The notes under the pieces are model-generated. The model worked only from the letters and a program-made list of their open reading frames with translations, did no database searches and was not told the origin of the DNA. Shown piece by piece: positions 12,171 to 26,456 of a stretch of 64,000 nucleotides of DNA (position 1 is its first letter; each line of letters starts with the position of its first letter). Location: assembly GCA_009103225.1 (NCBI GenBank), contig RHPI01000818.1, forward strand, positions 62,001-126,000, read 5' to 3'. The position numbers and the translations under genes were made by a program. This DNA is from Chlorokybus atmophyticus (lineage: Eukaryota; Plantae; Mesostigma and Chlorokybus algae).

Positions 12171-12986
12171 TTGTCTGCAAAACAGGCAAAATGGCATGGT
12201 AACAACCTCACCAATGGACCAGATTCAACGAGAGGATCAAAATGACCCCAAGTTGTAAAAGTCTCAAACAGAGTCCAAACCAGTCTCAGAACAAGAAATA
12301 TTGGATCTGGAGTGTTACCAAAAGAACAAGTCTGAATGGGACCAAAATGTCCTAACCCTGTGTTGTTTTCAACCAAGTCCCAATCTCCAGACCGAAGCCA
12401 GAGGGGGAGGGTTTCAGATTTACAGAGTTTGGGAACAGAATATCATAGAATTTCTCTAAAACTGTCCTAACCAACACCCGATCTTCAGGCCGAAGCCAAA
12501 AGGGGAGGGTTTAAGAACAGCTTGGTTATGAACTTGCGGACCCGGGTCAAGCGACCCCAAAAAACAGCTGGCAGGTCACAGATACGTCACAGGCATGCAA
12601 CAGGCAAGCCGTACAGTGACCAACTGTGACATGCACTGGCAAGCACAATGATAAGCAATCACCGCATGCAATGACAGGCAATCATTGCAATGATAGTGCA
12701 CTAAGTGTGACAAGCAGTGATGGCACACTAGCAAGCCGCACTCATACACTGGCAAGTCACTGAATGATGTGCATGAAAATACACACGTGCACCTGGCAAG
12801 CAGGCAAGTCACCGACGTGTGTGATGGTACCTCACACGTGGTGAGGCCGCCTCTTTGATGGCTTCAACGTTGAGGTAACGCAGGGCTAAGTTGAAGCTTG
12901 GGCTGCGTGGACAAATAGGAGGCCGCCGCCGCCTTCTGATTGGCCGAGAGCAGGTCGCCCCCTATAAGTACCCACGTCACCCCCCC

Positions 12987-13000
12987 GCTCCCGGATACCA
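12987..13000 (-). promoter_or_regulatory. Primer-binding site, initiator tRNA-Met-like
   Basis: Minus strand reads TGGTATCCGGGAGC one base after the 5' LTR, compared with the canonical iMet PBS TGGTATCAGAGC. Confidence 0.7.
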
Positions 13001-13001
13001 A

Positions 13002-13475
13002 TGTAACAGCACCACCATCGCCGGTGATGCCCCTTCGATCCTCTACCCCAACACGTGGCCGCAACTGAGCACAGAACTGAAAGTGAGGTCACATCAGTTT
13101 GATGTGACCTTTTATATCAAGAATACATCAAATATACAACTCTTGATAATCAACTCACAACTTAACATTAACCCTACAGATAGGGTAGTTTGAAAATCTA
13201 GCAAATGAGTCAATGAGCCAATCACAGCTAAGGTAAGGTACCTATTGATAAGGTACCTTTCGAAAGATATCTATTGTAAGGTACCCAACAAGATAGTGAT
13301 TACATTTTATCAAATGTAACATTAAATAGGCGGTTCTACACCCATTGGGACTTATCTAAGCTATGATAAAGCATCATAGCCTTTAATAAGCGAGGAAGTG
13401 TAGAAAAGAGGTATAAATAAGCATATTTAAAGACTTATCATACAGAAAGTGTTATTTATGTAGCAATAATACCCA

Positions 13476-13506
<31 letters not shown>

Positions 13507-13518
13507 GCTCCCGTTACG
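13002..13518 (-). repeat. 5' LTR of the Gypsy element
   Basis: Plus strand starts TGTAAC and ends GTTACG, followed by TSD CAGCA. Contains an expanded (TTA)n near 13477-13506. Confidence 0.93.
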
Positions 13519-14142
13519 CAGCATGTCAAGCATAAAGGTCTCGGCATCTCATAACCATCACTGCTTGCCATCACGTGTGCTGCACACGCTAAACACAATG
13601 CTTTCACAACACAAATGTAGGTGCTCGAGTGTTGCAAGCTACGCTGATGCTGTCCAGCGTGGCACGCGAGGTCGTCGCAAAATGTTTCCCTTGCCGGCCG
13701 ACTTAATATTAGCAACGGCCGTGCACCTGAGGATACTCATTTAGACTGTCGACCTTCAGTCTACCGGCGATCTCGATACAGAGACCTGAGCATAACGGCC
13801 GTCACCATTGGTTGGCGGCCGTCTGCATAAAGGGACTGACCCTAATTGATAGGTACTTGTCAGGTACTCAACAGTTAGGCAAAGGGGATTTGACCTAACT
13901 AACAGGTAACTGACCGGTATCTATCAGTTAGGTACCGGCGACTGTACGCTAATTGAGCAAAATTGTCAGGTATCTTAAGGTACCTATCGTTAAAGGTACC
14001 TTAAAGGTACCCCTCAAAGGTACCTGCTGGTACCGCTCAGTCATGATTAGGTGTCACACGTGATTGTCGTAAACTGCTGTGCAAGAATGCGTGGCAAATA
14101 ATAAAATAAACAAATAAATCAATTACAATGTAATATACTGAG

Positions 14143-14256
14143 CTACTACTACTACTGCTAGTACAACTAGACTACTACTACCACTACCACTACTGCTACT
14201 ACTACTACCACTACCACTACTGCTACTACTACCTTAGGTACTACTGCTAGTACTAC
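14143..14256. repeat. Degenerate (CTA/CCA)n trinucleotide repeat
   Basis: ctactactactactactgctagtacaactagactactactaccactaccac... Confidence 0.85.
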
Positions 14257-16722
14257 CCTTGTACTGAGTTGCGGCTCCTGCACCGCCCGCTCCAGCTCCT
14301 CCGCCGCCGTTCCTTCTCCGCCGCCGCTGCCGCCGCCTGGCCTGGTCTGGCCTAGCCTGGCCTGGCCTGGCCGCCCTAAGGCAAGGAGGGTGGTTAGATG
14401 GCATGCGGTGTTGCGCGTAGTACAACGTCAGACAGCAACCAAGCTCACCTATTGTTAGCCGTTGCCGCCGCCGCCGCCGCCCATAACGCTCCGTTCAACT
14501 TGAAGCCGTTAAGCGTTTGAATAACTTGGGCAGCCCAAGTTATGCAAACGCGTCGTCGAAACGTGACTCGTAACGGCATTATCGAATTATCATAATGGTA
14601 CGAAAGTACCATTGTCGCAATGGCACTATCGTACCATAGACATAATACGGCGGCTGCATTGTACCAGCATCTCGACTTGCCGGCCGGTACTACCGTCCCA
14701 ACTTGCCGACCTTTAGGGACCGGCGGTCACTTGCTTATCATACTTGACACACAATAAGTAGGTCGCCGCCGCGTTAGATGCACGACCAGTGATCGGCCGT
14801 CACTTAATAAACGCGGTAAGGTCATCTGATAGGGACTAACGGTAACTGGCTTGCCAAAGTAGGCAGGCCGTCGCGCATACTTTTCGACGGTCAGGGTACG
14901 ACCGACGGTCGGCCGTCACTGTATGTGACCAAAACGTGACTAATCTGCTATACAGATAGGTCGCCATCGCGCAAATGGGACGACCGACAATCGGCCGTTA
15001 CCTTAAAGTGCGGTGTGGTAGCAGGCCGCCGTCGATTGTACTTATCGGTCAACCGCTTGCCGTTGATATATGTTGCTTGATAGAAACGGCCGTCCTAAAA
15101 AGTCCCTTGATGGACCAATCCGTCACATTAGGTAGGGTCAGGCAAGGTCAGGCACCCGTCAGTCCCTCAGGCCCTTGTCAGTCACCGTGTAAAATTTTCG
15201 ACGGTTTGGTTTTGCTGTGGGGTAATGTAGGGTGTACTACTTTACAGACACATACGTTACAACCCCAAAATTATTGTCAATTGCCTTGAGGTGAAACTCT
15301 ATAAAGGTATTACAGGCTGTGTTACCTGTGATATCAATGCATGTATTGACCTTTGTTAAATAAGAAAAGGTTCCAATTAAAAACAATGCGCAAAAGTGAC
15401 TGTGGGTTGTAATGTACGTGTCTCTACGGTAGTAACTTCAGATTGATTAGCAGGTTGATGTGCGTGTTCAAAGTCTCGAAACGCGCAAGCTTTATAAACT
15501 TAATATGAAACCAAGAGCGCGTCGGTAACTGGATCAATTAGCGAGTACAATAAACTCAACATGAACATTGGCTGACAATCTTCATCGCGTTGCAAATATA
15601 TAAAGATCAAGAGTCAGCTTGGGGATATTAAAGGCTTGAGATAGGGGGCAAAAGTGAGGTTGAGGCTTGAAAAACAGCTCGGTGGGTTATGATGTGTAAA
15701 CCACAAAGTCAATTTTTTAAGGACACCACTACTAGGCTTGTTTGGCCACCCTGCAAGTTATGCAAGTTGTGCAAATGCATTACATAGAAAAAGTCATGCG
15801 TCCACTATCTGATAGGTGGTCTTTATGTGAACATGTGTGATGAGTACTCACAACACGTATAACTTATATCAAATATGCTTTATTTGGTATGCTGCATGCA
15901 TATTATCAACACAATTCATTAAACGAAGCGTTGATCTCGTTCCATACAACCTTCACAAGTTCACACAATGATTGTTTGGTTATGTGATGAGTGATTTAAC
16001 ACAGAGTTTAAATGTAGTCAAAGATGTTGTTAGGTTTTGTTTCCAACCACTCATCATGACCAAACAATCATTGTGTGAACTCGTAGAGTTGCAAAGGTTT
16101 GTTTAAGGTACTTATACTGTTACCAATACTCGGTACTCCCAATCTAGAGTGCATATTCATGGAAATACATGTTGAGTCATAAGTGTATGCTTACACCGTT
16201 TGTGTGACTTCACAAACAGTTGTACCACCTTTGGCTCATTGCAGTGCACAACTTTCCATCAACACCTTATCACAAGCATCAACATCATGTTGAACTTTGC
16301 ATATGTACATCTGCCGTTCAATCGTGTCATGCGAGGGTGCGCAGCTGTAACACTATACATCCCGTGCATATTCTGTACACTATGCTCATGTCAATCGCTT
16401 GCGTCGAGTAGTCAACCCATACAAGACTCCCTTCCAAGCTGTGCTTAGTCCTACGCATCAGGCACTACGATCAGCTGACGCGCCATAACGTGAAACAATT
16501 GTCTGCCATGGTCTACATAATCACAAACACGAAATATGCCAGCAACATGAAGTCAACTGACAGCTTGGGTGGTACACGAGAGTTGCTGCCAACCCTCGTG
16601 TGCATAACACCACGATGATGGAGCACTCAACAGACTCCAAACCACACACAGCACATATCTTGCATAGATCGTTGAAAATATTGATGGCTACACACTCTGT
16701 ACATGCACGGGAAGAACTAGCG

Positions 16723-19436
<2,714 letters not shown>

Positions 19437-20490
19437 GCTGCGAGCTCTCAGGCTACAAAAGCGCACACTGCTACAACAGTGATGGCAACTTCGCGGCGGT
19501 CGCAACTTTTCCTCCGCCTTCTGACTACCTCCTTCTCCTCCTCCTCCTCCTTCTCCTCCTCGCCGCCGCCACCGCCGCCGAAGGCGGTGCCACGTGGCGG
19601 AAGCGGGTAGGGTTTAAGCAATCTTCCCGCCCTTTTTGAATTCGTATGCGCTGGGCCTTTCTCACCGGTCAGCAAACATGCGGTGAGCCCTGGGCTGCAA
19701 AGTCTGTCACCAGCTTGGTCAAACTACATGAAATCCCTGCGTTGAAGCATTTCGAGAAACATAATAGTATAATGAAGGGCGGAACACAGGCATAATTAGC
19801 TGTCACACCTCTTGCAAGTCATTCAGAGATTATGCAACATTATTACTGATGTTGAATGTCGAAATGTGTGATGGCATGCAATTCGTTGCTGGTTGAAGTA
19901 AACCATTAATCACATAAAAGATGCATTCAAGCAAGCCCCTAGGATGCTGTATGCAAGCACACAAGCAGTTATCAGGTAGTATGCAAGTTGCATAGATTAA
20001 GCGGGGGCCAAGATGAAGCTTACACAACAACAACATGAACGTATGTTATATCGGTACCCTTCGTGGAGAATACCACCCCATCAAACAAATGATGAACAGT
20101 GATATGTACTCGCAATTGTGCCTAATGAAATCTGTTTGGTCTGTTTGTCTGTTGTAGTTATTATTGAAGAGAGACTTGTGAAAAACTTTGACGATGAAGG
20201 TCTCACTCATGCGCATCTTAGCACGAGAACGCATGTGAGCAAGCACCTTACATTTTAAAAGCAAATAGCTAGCCACGAGTACCATATAGAAAGTTTGAGG
20301 CACAACGGTTCTCTTGCACTTGTGATAATTAACAGGTTGCAAGCGACAACTTGTCGCGACATGGCATGTGCAAGCTATGCTGGCGTCACTCATATCAGGT
20401 AGAACATTGCAAATCTCCACATGTCACAATACCCACTCCCGACCCTGAACACGACCATGTTGCAAACATGCGCGTGCCATCAAGGAATGC

Positions 20491-23183
20491 TTACACACCC
20501 CTATGGAACAACGGGTAGAAAGTCACCAGCCCTGTGGTCCAGCAAACTGCCAACACAGCACCCTTTGGTGCATCAGACTGGAACGCTAGCAACGACGGCT
20601 TGGCGCCCCTGGGCCCGCGGATGTAGCCAATTAGCAGGGTGGTCACGACAGGCGTGTGGCGTGTTTGATAAAGCGCTACCACTTCTGTGCCCACCCCACT
20701 TCCGCTGAAAGCCACTGCCAATCGGTCTCCGTGCCTGTCCCACGCCAACAGGCGTACAGCAGACAGCTGGCACTTGCCAGTGTCATCAGAAAAGTGTACA
20801 GCAAGCTCAGTAAACTCCAACGGAAGCAGGAGCGCTTCCAGGGCGGGAGGATCGCGTGAGAAGTGAAGCGCGCCCAGTTGAAGTGATTGGACTGCGAGCA
20901 GGGCCATTCGTCCATCCGGCGCCCATTGCACTGATACTAGCGCGCCACCGTTGGACCATTTCTCTGAAGTCCAGCTTCTTGTTTCCCATATGCGGAATGT
21001 GCCATCAACATGACCACTGATGAGGTAATCACCTGGTCATCACAACACGCTCATCTCATCATACTTCAGAAAGCCATGCATAGATGATGCTGACAGACGG
21101 ATCGGTCACAAGCAGGTCTTAGCTCTCACCTTGAGGTGACCATTCAAGCAAATGTATGCCTGCAAATGCTTGGCGAACTCGAGCAGCCTCTCTGCAAGAT
21201 ACGTCCCAAATCACAATGGTGGGGCTCCTGACGGACGCAGTGGCCAGCAAACGCCCGCATGGACTCCAGCAGAGCGCCGTTACCTGCAACCGTCTTTGCC
21301 AACAACTTATGAAGTGCTAGAGCTGCGATGCATCATGCTCTGTTAACCTGATAACCAAGGTTCAAGTTCAATAGCAAAGCGCATTGCGGGATGAACGGGG
21401 TGTTTGGAGCTCACTGTGAAGTGCGCTAGTTACCTGAAGCAATGCAAGAACTCCATGGATGCATCAGCAGTGCGCCCTCGCCTACGCATGGCTCCCCCAG
21501 CTAGGGACACCTGCCAGAGGCACACTCCTTCCCGACAACCTACCGCCACTGTGGCAGCCGCATGCGGCCTCCACGCCACGATTGTAACCTCCCGCTGCAG
21601 TTTGTGCACCAAGGTTGCAGGGCCTGCGAGGTCCCCCAGTCTCAATGCAGCTTGCCAAGCTCAACCTAGAATCAACAACCTAGCATTATGCGCACAACAC
21701 GCTGTAAGCTGTTTCGTCTCGCATGCAGTAGGCCACAGCTTACTTGAACTTGCTTGCTCAAGGTCGTAGAGGAGCACTGGGTCTGCCGTTGCTGGACATA
21801 TTGCCAGTCGTAGCTGGTGTGGATGCCAAGCCATAGCCCTTGCAACCCCGGATGATCCATCACTCTGCGGTTGCACCACGGGTCAGCAATTGGAGGAGTT
21901 TTGTCAATAACAGCAAGCTCTACTTGACTTGTGAGTGCATGTCAGCGCTGGTGAGTATTTGGTCACAAAGCTGTGCGACCATGTTGACAATGTCGATTGA
22001 GCAGCATACCAGCTTGGATTGTGAGTCCACAGCCTTGCCAATAACAGAAGACCACCAGCTCACGACGCTGCCAGCTGTGCTACTTGCGTAGGATGCCGCT
22101 GTTTGCCAGATTGAGGGTCCCAACTCTCTACCCACATTGCTCGCGTTTTGCAGCACGCGCTCTGCTTGAGACCTTTGCTGTTCAGCTTGACTGCGCTCAC
22201 CTGACTCCACCACTTCCTCTGCATTGGGTTCAACCCTTACGACCGGTGAGCGCACACGAGTGACTTGCGGCTGAATGCCTTCACCAAGCTTGATTTCCGG
22301 GAACTGAACCACCTGAGGAGTGATAATTACACTGTAATTATTACACTGTCGTGTTGCGCACAATATCGACTCTTAATGCAATCCCATTGCAGGCAATGTG
22401 TCAGCATGCACTGGACAAGATCAGCAGGCTTTGGTACAACGCTGTGTACAAAGCAGGAGACGAACCTGTAAAGAGCGGAATGTTTCCCAGTTGGGGTCAT
22501 CTTTGCTGCGCACCGTCACTGCAAGAGAGTGGCAATGCAACGAGAATATCACCTTCAAAGTCGCAACACACGTGTGCGCGCGCATGCAGACATGCAGACA
22601 TGCACACACCCACGCAGGCAAGCGTAAAGGCAGGCGCGCGTGCAACGCATTGCCCAGACAGCAGCGCCCGCAGCCACCAAAAGTTTGTTGACTGTGTACG
22701 TCACAAACATATGAATATATGCATGGCATCCCTGCGATATGCATCTACGCAAACATGAGCTGGCTGCTGCTTGCATGCACATTGTTTCGCAACTTCGTAA
22801 GCTGTGAGAATGATCATCTGCATGAAAACTGGCCCTATGTACAAAGATTTTGCAGCTATAGCCTCCTAAAGAAGCCGAGTATCAACCGCGTAGCAACTAT
22901 TGAAAGCTGGCTAGCTGTAGCGGCTACTATGCTTGTTTCTTCTGCAGCAATTAGCCAGCAGAGTCGGCAGTTCAAGCAGCCTATCAAAGGCCGCAGTGCT
23001 CTTGACATGTTTTTATGTGTGAAAGACAGAAACAGCCTTACGACTAACAACTGAAGCGTTGCTCACAAGGCGGGAGCTAAGCGCATGCACATGGACCCAC
23101 CCAATGCACAGAAGGTTGCACTTACAGAGCTTGCAGTTAACCTCACAAAGCGTCACTTCGTCTTCATCAGGTACAGGACGCAT
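20491..23183 (-). CDS. AAAS: Aladin WD40 nucleoporin; multi-exon
   Basis: MRPVPDEDEVTLCEVNCKL (Aladin N-terminal motif), AWHPHQLRLA, LQREVTIVAWRPHAAATVAVGCREGVCLW, LEWSPQGDYL...FRIWETRSWTSEKW, LAWDRHGDRLAV. Confidence 0.9.
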
Positions 23184-24116
23184 GACAACAGCAAAGCCAC
23201 CCTATGCCCCAACACCTATCTTTTAGCTTTCCTCCGCCTCCTTTCCGTCGCCGCCACATTCACACAGACATGGCTGGCTACCACCTTCTGGCGCCAAACA
23301 GCGTAACCCGAACACGCTCACAGTAGCCGGAACACGCTCGCTGCTTTACATGAAACGCTCGTTGAATGCTTCAAACAGGGGTATTGCAGCGCGTAATGAA
23401 ATTGGGTTACGCGAGAAGAGGAGACGTCGCCGAGATACGCTCGCCTGCTTCTGCTGCTGCTGGGGCGGAGATGTGGGTGACAGTGTCGTTGCCATGGGCG
23501 GCGAGTTGTGCAAAGCGGAAGTGTCGAGTGGCTGAATCTCCTATCCAAAGACTTGCTGAACACGCTGTTTCAGTGAACAGGTTTCTTCAACAGCTAGATT
23601 TTGTCGCGATTGTTGTCCGGCAGGAGGCCAGGAGGAGTGGCCAGGTGCCGGCGTTGCTGTCTGCCCCAGCAGGCTGTCAAGTTGCCGGCGGCGGGCTTGC
23701 TGTTAGGGATTGAGTGACCAAGCTGTGATAGGTTTTACAGCAAGCTAGCGTTGACTCCGACGGGTCAGTGGCCGGCAGCGATCCTGACAGGTGCTTGTAC
23801 TGCTGCCTGGATTCCGCTTGGTCTCAACGTGTTGCTTTGGTCATTCGCAAGGTTGAAAAGGAGTTGTTTAGTGTTTTTGTAACTGTTCTGCGTCAGTAAT
23901 CTGCTCATGTGTTGCCACAAGCTCATTGTATAGCTAACTGTAGTGCAGTGGGCCATCGCCTTGCCAGCAGTACATCTGCACACCAGCTCTCTGCGCAGAA
24001 TTCTTGCTTGTATACAGTGCTACTTTCTCAAACACTAGCATCTGCACAGTGTGTTAGTTCACCACGACGGTCAAAGCACCTAAACTAGTTGCTTTGCAGG
24101 TCACGTGGGTAGCGCA

Positions 24117-26029
24117 ATGAAAGCCTTTTTGCACAGCAAGTTCAAGGCTGCTGCAGAGTATGTGTTGCCAGTTCAGACCACTTCCACGCTTCGGCACGAT
24201 GGCAAGCTCACACCCGAAGAGTTTGTAGCTGCAGGGGATGCACTCGTGTTCAAGTGTCCCACATGGTCCTGGTGAGTCACTTCAGGCATCAGTCATCCGA
24301 GAGCACGTGTTTACAGGGCCAACATTGTTCCAATTGTGCTGTAGCGTGCAACACATGCTTCACAAAGCACAAACTACTGACGCATCAATCTCGCTGACAT
24401 GCAACGGGCGCACCATATTGCGTATTGTGCATGTGCTGATGTCATTTAGTGTTGTATGGTTGCCAGGGAGGGCTGCAGTGATCCAAACCGGAGAAATCCC
24501 CACTTCCCAAACAAGAAACAGTACCTCATAACCAGAAACGGTAAGTACACTGTTCACTCTACGCATCGCGCACGGTTGTTCATGCTGCAATGGTGGCACA
24601 TCATTGCCAGCTGTGTCCAGTGCCCTGCAAGCGACGAGCTAGCTCTCTCGAAGACGACTACAACGCTGGTGGTGGCGAGCAACTCGTTGAAGATGAGTGG
24701 CTTGCAACAGCAGCATTGCGGTCAGGTACCAGGCGCTAGACTTATTAATTCTGAGTTGCAGTGGCAGCGCCATGCGCGCATCAATAGCAATGCAGCCAAC
24801 ATGGACTTCGCTGTGGGTTGTATGCGAGTCAAGGCATGTGCTTGCAAGTCAGTGACACACTCATGTGGTTTGGGTGTTGTCCAGACACCAACGGGGATGA
24901 GTCCATTCCCTCAATGGACGGCAGCGCGTTGTCTGAGACCAAAGCAGTTGCGGTAGCTGAACCTGTTGCAGTGACGGCAAATGCAGAAGAGGAAGAAGTA
25001 CCTGATATGGACGAATACGTAGACAATGGTGTTATTGAAGATGATGAGGTAAAGCTGGTGGTGCAAAGCAAATTGCAGCAGTTTGCATCCCCACTGCAAC
25101 CCTGCGTGCTGTTTGTGAGCCGCTTGTCGGTTGCAGGCTACGTTGTCTGCAGACTTGCTGCGCGCGGTGGAACCAGAAGACAACATCTTGCACACAAGGA
25201 CCTATGACATCACCATAACGTAATGCAATTTGCTCTGTAACTTGACGATGCGACAACAACCAGAAATTGTTTGGGTGAAGCTGAGTGCTTTCCATGTTTG
25301 CAGCTGGGACAAGTATTATGCAGTGCCGCGCATCTGGCTGTTCGGTTATGATGAGGTATGTTGGCAATGCAGACGATCGACGAGCTGCTTGGTAACAATC
25401 CTGGTAGTTGACATTGCCATGTTGGGATGTCAACAACAAGCATTTTTGGCAATTGTTGCTTAACTGCCACCAGGCTGGCATTGAGGCATGCGTCCACTGA
25501 TAGCTTGCATGACGGTTGCAGCACAGGACCCCATTGAGGTCCGAACAAATTTTTGAAGATGTCATACAAGACCATGCAAACAAGACGGTGAGCGCATTAT
25601 GCTGTGCAATTGATGTGATCACAAGCAGGTGCAGGAGTCGAATTCACATGCAGCCGTGTTGCCGCAGCCGGTACCAATACCATGTGCTTGCTCGGTTGCA
25701 GGTGACTGCAGAAATGCATCCTTTCATACCATACCCGCACGCATCAGTACATCCTTGCAACCACAGCAATGTCATGAAGAAGATTATCGCCGTGTTGTCA
25801 CAGCGCGGGGCTGAGCTGCAAGCAGACAAGTAAGTCATGCGCTTGAGGAAACCCAAGTGTCCCTGAAGCGCGCCTTCAGGCCATAGCACGCTGTGCAGGT
25901 CAACTTACACAATGGTTGTGCGTATGCAGTTACATGTTCATCTTTCTCAAGTTCATTGCGTCTGTGGTACCAACCATAGAGTATGACTACACCGTTCATG
26001 TTGACATGAACCCAAACAGCGGCCGCTGA
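24117..26029 (+). CDS. ATG3: Autophagy E2-like conjugating enzyme; multi-exon
   Basis: [41 protein letters not shown]...[17 protein letters not shown], catalytic HPC ([16 protein letters not shown]), [21 protein letters not shown]. Confidence 0.96.
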
Positions 26030-26456
26030 CAGCAGGCGATCTTAGTTGATAAATGTAAGCCGTTGTGATAGTACCATGTACAATTCATGTTAGAAGTTTT
26101 GTACATAGCATGTTCCCAACCCAGCCTCAGACTGTTAGTTACCTAGCCAATTTGCATTGATGCCTCAGCCAGTCAACAGCGACCGCCAGGCAACCTTCCC
26201 AGGCGATCACTGTTCCAAGTGAAGCTACCTTTAGCAGGATGCCTAGTGGCAATCTTGAGGGGACTTTGCCTTTACGCAAATGCGAGCTGTGAATATAAGT
26301 GAGAGCGTTTATTTCTAAATATATCAGCGAGACACATTCAGAACCCAGCAATCATCCAATGGAGCCCATGCCTGACCGTGTCGACCACTGTGGCTAATTG
26401 TTTTAGGAGTGCGTAGCTGGGAGTAGGATACAACTACGCGAGCATGTATGCGCAAC

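Larger units (their letters stand above)
6671..13518 (-). mobile_element. Full-length, degenerate Ty3/Gypsy LTR retrotransposon (chromovirus)
   Basis: Two ~520-bp direct-repeat LTRs, TSD CAGCA at 6666-6670 and 13519-13523, PBS, and domain order gag(CCHC)-protease-RT-RNaseH-integrase-chromodomain on the minus strand with multiple stops and frameshifts. Confidence 0.96.

Noticed and set aside
15836-15990. Two box-C-like GTGATGA motifs
   Set aside because: There is no suitably placed box D (CTGA) or terminal stem. The second motif is explained by the hairpin arm.
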